Source: Thermoproteota archaeon
GTDB taxonomy: Archaea > Korarchaeota > Korarchaeia > Korarchaeales > Korarchaeaceae
Length of the DNA: 64,000 nt
Reading direction: 5' to 3'
Assembly (NCBI GenBank): GCA_026986575.1
Contig: JALSOH010000006.1
Coordinates: 224,001 to 288,000 of the forward strand
Shown here: piece after piece, positions 9,730-19,638 of the stretch
Position numbering within the stretch: position 1 is the stretch's first letter
Layout: every line of letters starts with the position of its first letter
Notes under the pieces: generated by a model
The model's database searches: none
What the model was told of the DNA's origin: nothing
What the model saw: only the letters and a program-made list of their open reading frames with translations
Made by a program: the position numbers and the translations under genes

Positions 9730-11028
9730 TCACAGGGAGAGGAGATCCTCCAAAGCTGGCGTGGGAACGGTCATCTCCCTCTCCGGCCCAACCCCAATCA
9801 TGACGGCCTTCGCATTCACCTCTTTCTCCACGAATTCCACGTAGGCCTTCACCTCCTCGGGGAAGGAGTCCCAGCCCTCTCTGACGAGCTCGCTCCAGTC
9901 CTCCACTCTCCAGCCGTCGAGCTCCTCGTACACTGGCTTCGCCCTTTCAAGGGCTTCCACGTACGGGGGAGCTACTTGGTACTCCTCACCATCTATCTCA
10001 TAAGCCACGGCCACTTTCACCTTGTTGAGACCCGAGAGGACATCCACTTTCCTTATGGCTAGGTAGCCTATCCCGTTGATCAGGGCCGAGTACCTCAGCA
10101 TGGGCAAATCTAGCCAGCCTACCCTGCGGGGCCTTCCTGTGGTGGTGCCGTATTCTCCTCCCTTGTCCCTGATGTACTTAGCTAGGTCTCCAGCCAGCTC
10201 CGTGGGAAAGGGCCCCTTTCCCACCCTGGTGGTGTAGGCCTTGCTGACCCCGACCACGGCATCTATGGCGAGAGGACTGACCCCCACCCCCGTGCACGCC
10301 CCACCAGCGATCGCATTGGAGGAGGTCACAAAGGGGTAGGTACCGTGATCTACATCCAGCATTGTGCCCTGCGCTCCCTCGAAGAGGACGAACTTTCCCT
10401 CGGCTATGGCCGCGTTGACCTCTAAGTGGTCGTCGCCCACAAATGGCTCCAATACCTCCCTCCAGCCTTCAGCCCTTTCGATCAGCTGCTCATAATATTC
10501 GTCTAAATCGCCCATGAGCACCCCAGCTCTCCTCAACTCCTCCTCCTTGATCTCGAGGACCTCCCTCAGCCTCTTGGGGAAGTTAGAGCTGAAGAGATCA
10601 CTGACCTTCAGTCCGGAGACCCTAGCCATCTTGTCTTGGTAGGCCGGACCTATCCCCCTCTTGGTCGTGCCAAGTTTACCTCCAGCCAGCGCGGCGTCAA
10701 GCTCCTTGTGATAGGGAAGGAGAAGCGTGGCCTTCAAGGATATTAGCACATCAATCCCCTTCCCCCTAGATCTGAGGTCCTCGAGCTCCCGTATGAATAC
10801 CTCCGGATCGAAGGCCACTCCGGCGCCGAGGACCCCTCTCTTACTCCTTACGACGCTGGAGGGCATCAAGTGAAGTTTGTACTTCTGCCCCTCAGCCACA
10901 ACCGTGTGTCCCGCGTTGCTACCCCCGTTGTACCTGACGACGAGATCGGCCCACTCCGCTAAGTAATCCACCACGGCACCCTTGCTTTCGTCACCGAACT
11001 GCATGCCCACGACAATCACAGCAGGCAT
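9730..11028 (-). CDS. purA: Adenylosuccinate synthetase
   Basis: QFGDESKG, GGSNAGHT, EGAQG..LDVDHGTYPFVTSS, TTTGRPRRVGWLD. Confidence 0.97.
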   Translation of the reverse strand: MPAVIVVGMQFGDESKGAVVDYLAEWADLVVRYNGGSNAGHTVVAEGQKYKLHLMPSSVVRSKRGVLGAGVAFDPEVFIRELEDLRSRGKGIDVLISLKATLLLPYHKELDAALAGGKLGTTKRGIGPAYQDKMARVSGLKVSDLFSSNFPKRLREVLEIKEEELRRAGVLMGDLDEYYEQLIERAEGWREVLEPFVGDDHLEVNAAIAEGKFVLFEGAQGTMLDVDHGTYPFVTSSNAIAGGACTGVGVSPLAIDAVVGVSKAYTTRVGKGPFPTELAGDLAKYIRDKGGEYGTTTGRPRRVGWLDLPMLRYSALINGIGYLAIRKVDVLSGLNKVKVAVAYEIDGEEYQVAPPYVEALERAKPVYEELDGWRVEDWSELVREGWDSFPEEVKAYVEFVEKEVNAKAVMIGVGPEREMTVPTPALEDLLSL

Positions 11029-11209
11029 CTGCCATTACCTATCCGCGGGACCGAGATTAGATATAACTGTAGGGTCGGTTTAACCTCTACATTACCTTAC
11101 GCCTCAGGGAGAATCCTACGGATAGTCCCTCATAATTTCCCTTCAAGCCCACGGAGGGAGGCTATTTGAGATTGAGCGCAAAGAGGGAAGTATTGTGGGG
11201 AAGGGAAAC

Positions 11210-13078
11210 TCACTCCAAGAGCTCGCTGATCTCCAAGACCTCAAAACCCTCTAAGTTCATCCCTTTGGAAGCGTCGTTGAGCATAGCGTAGCAGAACGGG
11301 CACGCCACAACTACAGCCTTTGCCCCGGCTTCTAGAGCTTCCTTCACCCTCTCCTTAGCCATGGTCCCCTCTCCGGTCTGGTACCAATAGTTAGCGCCTC
11401 CCGCACCACAGCAGAAGGTGTTCACGCCGTGTCTGCCCATCTCTCTGAACCCATCGACCCTACTCAGTATTTCCCTAGGCTCCTCTACTACCGAATTGAA
11501 TCTGGAGAGATTGCACGGATCGTGGAATGTCAGTTCTCCGCTGCGACTTACCTTTAACCGTCCCTCTCTCACCAGCTTAGCCAGCAGCTCCACGTGCGAG
11601 ACCACTTCCACATCCCAGTCCTCGACGACTTTGGGATACTCGTGCCTGAACACGGTGAGGCCGTGCGGGCAGAGAACTAGGAGCCTCTTCACTCCTAGTT
11701 CCTTGAAGAGCTCGGCATTGGTGAGGGCGAACTCTTGGAACATGCCCTCCTCTCCTAACCTCCTAGCAGGCTCGCCGCAGCAAGTCTCCATCTCCCCGAA
11801 GATCGCAATCCTGATGCCCGCCTTCCTCAACAAGTCCACGAGCTTAGAAACAACTCTCTTACCCACGGGATCGAAGGAGTACTGGCAGCCCACCCACAAG
11901 TAGTAGTCGGGATCGTCGTCGCTCTCGATCCAGCTCAGCCTCCCTCTCTGCGGAACGGAGAGGGAGTTGTGGTACCTCCTCAGCCCGTTCAGCAGCTCAC
12001 CCATCTTCTTGTCTATCCTGCCCTCCGCCACGAGAGAGCGCCTCCTCTCCATGAGGAAGGTGAACGGGCTTATATAATTCGGGCAGGCCGTCGAGCAGGC
12101 TCCGCAGGAGACACATGACCAGACAGCATCCTCAGCCAGCTCGTAAGTGCCTCCCAGCAGTGAGACCTTTAACCCCTGAACCACATCCTTTGGTGAGAGG
12201 GGCCTGCCCGTCAGGTTAGCGGGGCAAGAGTCAGTACACCTCCCACACTTCACGCAGGCGGCAAGCATATACTTCTCGTACCACGGAAGTTCAGAGGCCT
12301 CCTCGAAACCCAGCTTAATCTCCTCGACATCCTCCAACTCCTGCAGCCTGAACGGTTCCTTTGGAAATCTGACGATCTCCTCCTCCAAGGAGGAGGTGAG
12401 GAGGGCGGTGAGGGAGTGGAGCAGGTTACTGTAGGGCAGATAGGCCACCATCGAGAAAGCTAGGAGGGCGTGACTCCACCACAGGACAGTGTAGAATGGG
12501 AGTATGAGGGGACCGACAGTTCCAGAGAGCAGGTAGCCTACGAGCGAGTAGTGACTGGCAGCGTTGGGTTGAGCATAGATCCTAGTCGATTCTAGGAAGA
12601 AACCCGTCACTCCTATATAGAGGAGCCCCAGCAGGAGGATCTTTCCCTCTCTATCCCTGGTGGGAAAGAATGAAAGGGCTCCAATTAAGAAGAGGACGCC
12701 GAAACTATCCATTATCAGCTCGAAGGCCGAGTAAGTCCCGTCGAAGAGTATTCTGACACCGAGGTGCTCAAGGATGTCCGTCTCGAGAAACACCGTGAGT
12801 GTGCCTAGAAACAGGACGAGGGTCCCAGCGAAGAGAAGCGCGTGAAAAAACCCTCTATCTATCTCCAGCACTCTCTTCTGGGATAAGACCCTTATCAGGC
12901 CCCTTCGAAGCTTTCTGAGGTCAACCTCCTTCAACGCCCTGACCAGCTCGAATTTCCTCGAGATCCTCCAGAGGCCGTACAGGAAGATTAGCGCAAACGG
13001 TATGAGAATCGAATACATGACTATGGGGGTCCAGCTCGGGAGGAGGGGGAAACTCTCCCTCACGACCAAGGGTAACAC
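11210..13078 (-). CDS. Membrane-bound Fe-S oxidoreductase (NarI-like TM + 4Fe-4S + two CCG domains; HdrED/FadF-like)
   Basis: TM N-terminus; CVKCGRCTDSCP, CVSCGACSTACP, ETCCG, HDPC, FCCGAGG, ACPFC. Confidence 0.85.
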   Translation of the reverse strand: MLPLVVRESFPLLPSWTPIVMYSILIPFALIFLYGLWRISRKFELVRALKEVDLRKLRRGLIRVLSQKRVLEIDRGFFHALLFAGTLVLFLGTLTVFLETDILEHLGVRILFDGTYSAFELIMDSFGVLFLIGALSFFPTRDREGKILLLGLLYIGVTGFFLESTRIYAQPNAASHYSLVGYLLSGTVGPLILPFYTVLWWSHALLAFSMVAYLPYSNLLHSLTALLTSSLEEEIVRFPKEPFRLQELEDVEEIKLGFEEASELPWYEKYMLAACVKCGRCTDSCPANLTGRPLSPKDVVQGLKVSLLGGTYELAEDAVWSCVSCGACSTACPNYISPFTFLMERRRSLVAEGRIDKKMGELLNGLRRYHNSLSVPQRGRLSWIESDDDPDYYLWVGCQYSFDPVGKRVVSKLVDLLRKAGIRIAIFGEMETCCGEPARRLGEEGMFQEFALTNAELFKELGVKRLLVLCPHGLTVFRHEYPKVVEDWDVEVVSHVELLAKLVREGRLKVSRSGELTFHDPCNLSRFNSVVEEPREILSRVDGFREMGRHGVNTFCCGAGGANYWYQTGEGTMAKERVKEALEAGAKAVVVACPFCYAMLNDASKGMNLEGFEVLEISELLE

Positions 13079-13139
13079 CGTTTTACCAAATCAGGATAAC
13101 TTTTTCATTTTTTCCTTCGTGAGAACAGGGTGAAGCTCC

Positions 13140-14411
13140 TTGGAGGCTGATGTGCTCGTTGTAGGGGCCGGTATCCTAGGACTGGCTACCGCTTATCACG
13201 TTTTGAGTAGAGATCCAGAAGCTAACGTTTTAGTTGTCGATAGGATGGGAGATGTGGGCCAGGGAGCTACAGCAAAGAGTGCCGCTGGCTTTAGGGCCGG
13301 ACTCTTCACTTCATCAACTAACAGGCTCCTGTCAGACACATCCGTTGACTTCTATCTCCACATACAGAGGGAGGAAGGTTATGACTTAGGGATGGAGCTA
13401 GTGGGCTATCTCATACTGAGGACCAAGGAACAGTTCGAGGAAATAGCTGACGTGGCCCACGCGCTGGAGAAGAGGGGGACTCTGAAGATCTACAGGAAGG
13501 CCGAGCTGAAGAAGATGCTCGAGATGAACTACGAGTTCGACGGGGACGAGGAGGCCGAGATATTGGGGGTGAAGAACGTGGATTATGGGCTGTTCGGTGT
13601 TAAGTGCGGTTACATAGATGCTGACAAGCTGGCCTACTATTACAGGGACAGGATCAAAGAGATGGGAGGGAACTTCCAGTTCAACACGAAAGTAGAGAGG
13701 ATAATAGTGGAACCGGAGATCAAGCTCGGGATCCCTAGAGAGCCCAGAGCTTGGCAGAAGGTAAGGTTTGCAGGCGTGGAGACGAACAAAGGTACTTTGA
13801 AGGCGGAGAAACTCGTGATAGCTGCTGGCGGTTGGACCCACCTCCTGCTCGATCCCTTAGGCATAGACTGCATCTCCAAACCGAAGAAGAGGCAGATATT
13901 CACCTTCAGGCCTAGGACCGAGGCTCAGAAGGCTCTCCTGAACACTAAGGGGTTCAACGATGAGGGCATACTTCCGTTCACATTCCTCCCGACCGGCCAT
14001 TACATAAGGGCCGATAGAAGAGATGGAACCTTCTGGTTCGGGTTCTCGGACGAGATAAGACCCTTCTCTCCAGACGAGGAGCCCGAGGAGAACTACTACT
14101 ACGACAATATCTACCCGATAATGGTCAAGTACTTCCCGCAGCTGGAGGGAGCTAGGGTGGACAACATGTGGGCCGGTCTCTACATGCTGAACTCCGTCGA
14201 TCACAACCCCGTGGTTTTCAGGAGGTCCAACATGGTCGTGGCCACCGGAGCCAGCGGGAGCGGGATCCTCAAGGGGGACGCGATCGGCAGGATCGCTGCC
14301 GCTCTACTCTACGGAGAGACCTACGCCGATCTATACGGTGGGGAGAAGATACCCACCAACAAGCTGGAAGTGGTTGGAAGGTCCTTGGAGACGGAGAGCT
14401 TCGTCTTCTGA
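13140..14411 (+). CDS. FAD-dependent oxidoreductase (DAO / proline dehydrogenase / sarcosine oxidase beta family)
   Basis: VVGAGILG Rossmann motif, AAGGW, WAGLY, GASGSG. Confidence 0.85.
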   Translation: MEADVLVVGAGILGLATAYHVLSRDPEANVLVVDRMGDVGQGATAKSAAGFRAGLFTSSTNRLLSDTSVDFYLHIQREEGYDLGMELVGYLILRTKEQFEEIADVAHALEKRGTLKIYRKAELKKMLEMNYEFDGDEEAEILGVKNVDYGLFGVKCGYIDADKLAYYYRDRIKEMGGNFQFNTKVERIIVEPEIKLGIPREPRAWQKVRFAGVETNKGTLKAEKLVIAAGGWTHLLLDPLGIDCISKPKKRQIFTFRPRTEAQKALLNTKGFNDEGILPFTFLPTGHYIRADRRDGTFWFGFSDEIRPFSPDEEPEENYYYDNIYPIMVKYFPQLEGARVDNMWAGLYMLNSVDHNPVVFRRSNMVVATGASGSGILKGDAIGRIAAALLYGETYADLYGGEKIPTNKLEVVGRSLETESFVF

Positions 14412-14536
14412 TCCTTTATCATCCCTTTTTCATTAGAGAGCTCGCCAAAAACCTTCTATTGGTCGATCGTCCGTTCAACCATCTAAGCGTCCAAACTTTT
14501 AAGCTGAGCCGTCGGGCCCCCACGGAGGTGACCCCC

Positions 14537-15808
14537 TTGGTGGATATACTCGAGAGCCCCCCTGAGTTCAAGAAGCTCAGGCTGCCCGAGGAGGGCGAGA
14601 AGGTAACAGTTAAGGACGGCAAGCTGGTCGTCTCTGATGAACCAATTATCGTATATATAGAGGGCGATGGCATCGGTCCCCAGATCGTGAGTCAGGCCCG
14701 AGCCGTGATGGATGCGGCTATAGAGAAGGCTTACGGGGGTAAGAGGAGGATAGTCTGGTGGGAGGCTTACGCCGGAGAGAAGGCCATGGAGCTCTACGGT
14801 GAATTACTGCCCGAAGATACGGTGCTAGCGATAAGGTACACCGTCCTAGCCCTCAAAGGCCCTCTGACCACTCCTGTGGGCACGGGATTCAGGAGCCTTA
14901 ATGTAGCCCTGAGGAAGAAGCTGGACCTCTACGCCAACATAAGGCCCGTCCAGTACTTTGGTCAGCCCGCCCCTCACTGCCATGCGGATAAAGTGGACTT
15001 CGTAATATTCAGGGAGAACACCGAGGATCTCTACGCGGGGATAGAGTGGACATACGATAGTCCGGAGGCTGAAAAGCTCAGAAAGTTCCTGAGGGAGGAA
15101 CTAGGCGTGGAAATAAGGTCTGACGCTGGCATAGGGATAAAGCCCATCTCCATATTCGGCACCAAAAGGCTCATGAGGAAAGCCATGCGGTACGCGATCG
15201 AGAATAAGAGGAGCCCAGTAACCATCATGCACAAGGGTAATATAATGAAGTACACAGAAGGTGCTTTCAGGAACTGGGCCTATGAGGTCGCGACTGAGGA
15301 GTTCAGGGAGTACGTGGTGACTGAGCAGGAGCTCTGGGAGCAGTACAATGGGGAGATGCCCGAAGGCAAGATATTGGTTAACGACAGGATAGCGGATAAC
15401 ATGCTCCAGCAGATAATAACTAGGCCGTGGGACTACGACATCATAGTGGCCCCGAACGTCAACGGCGATTACATAAGCGACGAGGCAAACGCCCTAGTCG
15501 GCGGGATAGGAATGGCCGCTGGCATGAACGCTGGTGACTACATGGCCCTGGCCGAGCCAGTGCATGGGACCGCTCCCAAATACGCTGGTAAAGATGTAGC
15601 CAATCCGACCGCTGAAATACTCAGCGGCTGCCTCCTGCTCGAGTACATGGGATGGAAAGAAGCTAGTGCTCTCATAAAGGACGCGATAAGGAAGGCGATA
15701 GCGGAGAAGAAGGTCACTCAGGACTTGGCTAGGCACATGCCCGGAGTCCAGCCGTTGAAGGCCAGCGAATACACGCAGGTGCTCATAGATCACATAAAGA
15801 GCGCCTAG
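14537..15808 (+). CDS. icd: Isocitrate dehydrogenase (NADP)
   Basis: IEGDGIGP, KGPLTTPVG.G.RSLN, HKGNIMKYTEG, HGTAPKYAG; start reset to TTG 14537, 5 nt after GGAGGTGA. Confidence 0.96.
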   Translation: MVDILESPPEFKKLRLPEEGEKVTVKDGKLVVSDEPIIVYIEGDGIGPQIVSQARAVMDAAIEKAYGGKRRIVWWEAYAGEKAMELYGELLPEDTVLAIRYTVLALKGPLTTPVGTGFRSLNVALRKKLDLYANIRPVQYFGQPAPHCHADKVDFVIFRENTEDLYAGIEWTYDSPEAEKLRKFLREELGVEIRSDAGIGIKPISIFGTKRLMRKAMRYAIENKRSPVTIMHKGNIMKYTEGAFRNWAYEVATEEFREYVVTEQELWEQYNGEMPEGKILVNDRIADNMLQQIITRPWDYDIIVAPNVNGDYISDEANALVGGIGMAAGMNAGDYMALAEPVHGTAPKYAGKDVANPTAEILSGCLLLEYMGWKEASALIKDAIRKAIAEKKVTQDLARHMPGVQPLKASEYTQVLIDHIKSA

Positions 15809-15870
15809 ACTAACCTCCCCCTACTTTTCAGCTTGAAACGCTTTTTAAGGCCTTCAAGCGATTATTCCAG

Positions 15871-17145
15871 ATGAGGAAATCTCTCGTCACCGTTCTGCTG
15901 GTCACCTCCCTCTTCCTGCCACTCATCCCAGTCGGCGCCTGCATACCCACCGGTGGCGTGGTGGGTGCCATCTACGAGGGCAAACTGAAGCTGGACCGGG
16001 TCTACCACGCCTTCAAAGACATGGGTCTAAAGGTCGTCATCTCCGAGGAGAAGGTCCAAGGTCTCACGCTCAAGAGGGTGGAGGTGAGGCTCGGGGATCT
16101 AACTGGGAGGGGCAGGAAGGTACTCCACGGCTACGTTTATCAGGGATATAAGAAGTCGCTGGTCCTAGCCGAGGCGGATAAGAGTCTCTCCGACTCTCCC
16201 CTAAAATTGATGAAGCTGCTCCTAGCCTCAGCTGGTCTCGTCGACTTGGATAAGTTTTCCAGTCCCATCGAGAGCCACGATAATAAGATACCTCCCACAG
16301 CTCTCGTGAAGTGGTTGAAGGAGGAAAAGGGTCTTGAGGTAAAGCAGGAAATCCTGAGATGCGCGAGTGAAGGCGCGAAGATCTCCGTGGAAGGCAATGA
16401 GGTGGCGGTACTCTCGAACGAGATAGATAGGAACCTCTCCTTCAACTTGATCTCAAAGGCCCTCGAGGAGGTGGGTTTAAGGGCTGTCTGGCTCGATGCT
16501 ACCGACCCCAAGCAGGTTGCTAGGATCCTGAACTATCCAGCGGTCATAGTTCTCGGAGGCCCCCTCAGCCCTGGCTCCGGTTACGTCAGTAAGATCTACA
16601 TGCCGAAGGACGATGTCAGGAAGCTCCTTCTGAGAATGAAGGAGGGAAGAAAGGGAGGTGTGTTAGTAGAGGACGAGCTCCCGCTGGACAGGCCTTTGCT
16701 CGTGATCGCTGGAGTCGATAGGAACGATACGCGTGAGACCGCTAAGGCCTTCGCCTCCTCCGATCTACCCTCTAGGATAAAGGAGACGGTGCTCTCACTT
16801 CAGTCTGAGGGGAAGAAGGGCTTGTTTGAGCTCAGAGTCAGTAGTTCAGCCTCCTGCGGATCGATGGCCGGGAGAGACATCACGGTGGCGGTGGGCTACA
16901 ACGATCTCCTCATCCTTGTCAAGGAGAGTGCGCCCAATCCCTGCTACAGGCATGTAGTGCAGTGGTACGAGCTGGATCTGGACGACAGGGTGCTCAGAAT
17001 CGTGATCGACTTGGAGAGGAGTTCTAAAGCCTGTATACAGTGTCTGGCCGTCGTGGAGACGAGGATAAGTGCTGGCCCACTACCTGAAGGCGAGTGGACC
17101 GTTATAGCTAATGAGTTCACGAGGAGGGTTGTTCTAGGGTCATGA
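15871..17145 (+). CDS. Secreted / cell-surface hypothetical protein
   Basis: Signal peptide; VIVLGGP...IAGVDR.DT motif of S-layer/cell-wall-binding type; Cys-containing beta-rich C-terminus (APNPCY, CIQCL). Confidence 0.6.
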   Translation: MRKSLVTVLLVTSLFLPLIPVGACIPTGGVVGAIYEGKLKLDRVYHAFKDMGLKVVISEEKVQGLTLKRVEVRLGDLTGRGRKVLHGYVYQGYKKSLVLAEADKSLSDSPLKLMKLLLASAGLVDLDKFSSPIESHDNKIPPTALVKWLKEEKGLEVKQEILRCASEGAKISVEGNEVAVLSNEIDRNLSFNLISKALEEVGLRAVWLDATDPKQVARILNYPAVIVLGGPLSPGSGYVSKIYMPKDDVRKLLLRMKEGRKGGVLVEDELPLDRPLLVIAGVDRNDTRETAKAFASSDLPSRIKETVLSLQSEGKKGLFELRVSSSASCGSMAGRDITVAVGYNDLLILVKESAPNPCYRHVVQWYELDLDDRVLRIVIDLERSSKACIQCLAVVETRISAGPLPEGEWTVIANEFTRRVVLGS

Positions 17146-18233
17146 CGAAGTGCGAGCTCTGCGGTAGCGCGAGGGTCAGCCAGTCCCTCTCAGTGTGCCT
17201 CGAGTGCCTCAGGAAGAGGCCGGACTCATTGGAGATCGTGAGGAGAAGGAGGGAGAGGTGGCGAACCTCCATGGACCTCCCGCCACATCCTCCGAGGGGA
17301 GGGGCGATCAAATGCCCGCTATGCGTGAACGGCTGCGAGCTGGATGATGGGGAGAGAGGGTATTGCGGGACCGTAATCAACAGGAACGGGCTAAGACCAC
17401 TGACAGAGAGCTGGAACTTGGCGACGGGCCTCTACTACTTGGATCCACTTCCCACCAACTGCGTCGCCACCCCAGTATGTCCTGCAGCTACTTGCCGCGG
17501 TTATCCGGAATTCACAGATACATGCGGCCCGGAAATCGGAAGATACAATCTAGCAGTCTTTTACGGATCGTGCAACCTCGACTGCTTCTTCTGCCAGAAC
17601 GCTGAACACAAGAGGATGGCTGCCATGGGAAGACCCCTCATGTCACTTAACTCCCTGCTCAGAGGAGCTCTGAGGGATGACGTCACCTGCATATGCGCCT
17701 TCGGAGGGGATCCCAGCCCATGGACGCCCCAACTCTTCTCGCTATACAGGAAGGTCAGGGATATGGCGTCTGGGATCAAGAGAATGTGCTGGGAGACTAA
17801 CGGGCTTCAGGATCAGAGGATGTTCCTGAAGATGGCTGAGGCCTCCCTAGAGAGTGGGGGAATAGTTAAAGTGGACTTCAAGGCTTGGACTCCCTCCGTA
17901 TATGAGGCCCTCACCGGGGTGAGGGGAAGGGACAGGGTGCTGGAGAACCTGAAGACGGCGGCGAGGCTCGCCAAAGAGAGGAAAGATCCGCCCCTGCTGG
18001 TCGTGAGCACGTTGATGGTCCCCTATTACGTGGATCTGGAGGAGATCAGGGGGATAGTCGAGTTCTTAGCCTCTTTGGATGCGAATATTCCATACGTGCT
18101 TCTGGCATTTCACCCAGATCACCTCGCCAGCGATCTACCCCTGACTAGGAGGGAGTTTGCTGAGGAGGCCGTCGAGGTCGCTAAGGAGCAGGGATTGGAG
18201 GTTTACTTGGGCAACGAGTGGCTCCTTTCCTAG
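17142..18233 (+). CDS. Radical SAM protein, PFL-activating-enzyme-like
   Basis: CNLDCFFCQN (CxxxCxxC), GGDP, WETNG, additional N-terminal Cys motifs. Confidence 0.9.
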   Translation: MTKCELCGSARVSQSLSVCLECLRKRPDSLEIVRRRRERWRTSMDLPPHPPRGGAIKCPLCVNGCELDDGERGYCGTVINRNGLRPLTESWNLATGLYYLDPLPTNCVATPVCPAATCRGYPEFTDTCGPEIGRYNLAVFYGSCNLDCFFCQNAEHKRMAAMGRPLMSLNSLLRGALRDDVTCICAFGGDPSPWTPQLFSLYRKVRDMASGIKRMCWETNGLQDQRMFLKMAEASLESGGIVKVDFKAWTPSVYEALTGVRGRDRVLENLKTAARLAKERKDPPLLVVSTLMVPYYVDLEEIRGIVEFLASLDANIPYVLLAFHPDHLASDLPLTRREFAEEAVEVAKEQGLEVYLGNEWLLS

Positions 18234-18278
18234 CCCAATAAGAATATATTGGGATAATCGCCTCCACTACCGATAACA

Positions 18279-18956
18279 ATGAACAAACTTCTAGTATCTG
18301 TAGTGGTGATCTTGGCGGTCCTCTTCGTCGTGGGTCTCTATCTCCTAGCTGAAATGGCGGGAGGGACTTCTTTTGAGGAAAGATACGCCTCCATCAACAA
18401 GCTCACCTTCTCTGTGGGTAAGGGGAGCGTCCTGAAACAGGAACTCAGGATAGTAATGAGCTATGGGAACAAGAGCGTAGAGACCCAGAGGGCAGATAGG
18501 ACCGTCAGGGTGGATGACTTCTCTTGGCCAGCTTATCACCTGTGTCCTATGAACGAGACGGGCCCGACAGCGCAATGCTATGACGTGCCATTCAGCTTGG
18601 TGGCCATGCCCAAGGAGCTAATGGGCGTCGATACAATAGGCCTACCCTTCAACTTGGGGAAGGGGAATCAGATCGTCTTGAAGTACAACGGGATAACCAA
18701 TGTGGACACGCCTTGGGGGTCTCACCCAGTGGTCAACTACACAAACTTCACCGCTAGCTACCCTCAGCCCGATGTTAACATGACCACCAAGTTCTACTTC
18801 GATACGACCGAGGGTTACTTAGTGAGGATCGAGGTGTCCATAACGGACGGGAACCTCACCTCAACCGCGATCTTCCAGCTGACCGAGGTACCTCAGCTCA
18901 ACGGTCCTCTCGAGATCAGCAAGCCCGAGACTTGGGAGTGGGAGGGGAAGGACTGA
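18279..18956 (+). CDS. Membrane-anchored extracellular hypothetical protein
   Basis: N-terminal TM helix; several N-x-S/T sequons. Confidence 0.65.
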   Translation: MNKLLVSVVVILAVLFVVGLYLLAEMAGGTSFEERYASINKLTFSVGKGSVLKQELRIVMSYGNKSVETQRADRTVRVDDFSWPAYHLCPMNETGPTAQCYDVPFSLVAMPKELMGVDTIGLPFNLGKGNQIVLKYNGITNVDTPWGSHPVVNYTNFTASYPQPDVNMTTKFYFDTTEGYLVRIEVSITDGNLTSTAIFQLTEVPQLNGPLEISKPETWEWEGKD

Positions 18957-19053
18957 AGATCAATTTGACCCGTTTCTTCCTCAATTCATAATCAGAATTA
19001 CCCTTACAATGCGATAAACATTTAATTAAAGGCAGAGAGCCTCCGCGTGAGGA

Positions 19054-19638
19054 GTGAACATGATACCAGAGGCCATAGATCTCCTGTGCATCCCCGTGCT
19101 TATGAACGAGGTGCCCCTCAGGCCTCTGAGTGATGAGGAGGCGGTTCGAATAGCCGAGAAGGTACTTAAAGTCCTCCCAACGCTCAAGGATATGAGGGTG
19201 GCGGTGATACCCTCCCTTTACTACGTCAGCGATCTGTTCAGTAGGTCTCTGTTTGACGAGATACCCGTGAACTCGGTCGCCCTAGCGGGACTCTTGGAGA
19301 GGAGGGGAAGGACGAGCAAAATATACGTATTAAATCCCTTCACCTCTAACGGACTTCTCCCGGTTCCCAGCGGGGTTGAAAACGGTAACGGCGGGCTTAC
19401 ATGGGCCACGATTCCTGTCGTTGCCTTCGGTGAGGGTTACGTCGACTTGGATGAGTACTTCCTCGAGAAAGACGATATGGATGGGATGATGAGGGAGCTG
19501 GAAGAGGCACTGGCCGAAGTGTACTCGCTATCCTACGTCAAGGCATTCCCCCCAGTCCTCGTCGAGGAGCTCTTAGAGGAGATAAGCCTGATAGAGGAGG
19601 AGCTGGATCAGGATCTCAAGGGGCTTTCGGCAGGCTAG
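19054..19638 (+). CDS. Hypothetical protein (acidic)
   Basis: Host-like codon usage; TTTAATTAAA promoter and GAGGAG RBS upstream. Confidence 0.65.
   Translation: MNMIPEAIDLLCIPVLMNEVPLRPLSDEEAVRIAEKVLKVLPTLKDMRVAVIPSLYYVSDLFSRSLFDEIPVNSVALAGLLERRGRTSKIYVLNPFTSNGLLPVPSGVENGNGGLTWATIPVVAFGEGYVDLDEYFLEKDDMDGMMRELEEALAEVYSLSYVKAFPPVLVEELLEEISLIEEELDQDLKGLSAG

Noticed and set aside
11056-11083. ATTAGATATAA resembling a Thermococcales dif arm
   Set aside because: No matching second arm after 6 bp; the position fits the purA TATA box.
14168-14536. Long N-terminal extension of icd in the ORF track
   Set aside because: Overlaps the upstream gene; TATA and GGAGGTGA place the start at 14537. Similar over-extensions were trimmed for several other genes.
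18231-18256. TAGCCCAATA-N6-TATTGGGATA inverted repeat as a dif site
   Set aside because: Inner bases are ATA/TAT rather than TAA/TTA, and it overlaps a promoter; more likely an operator.
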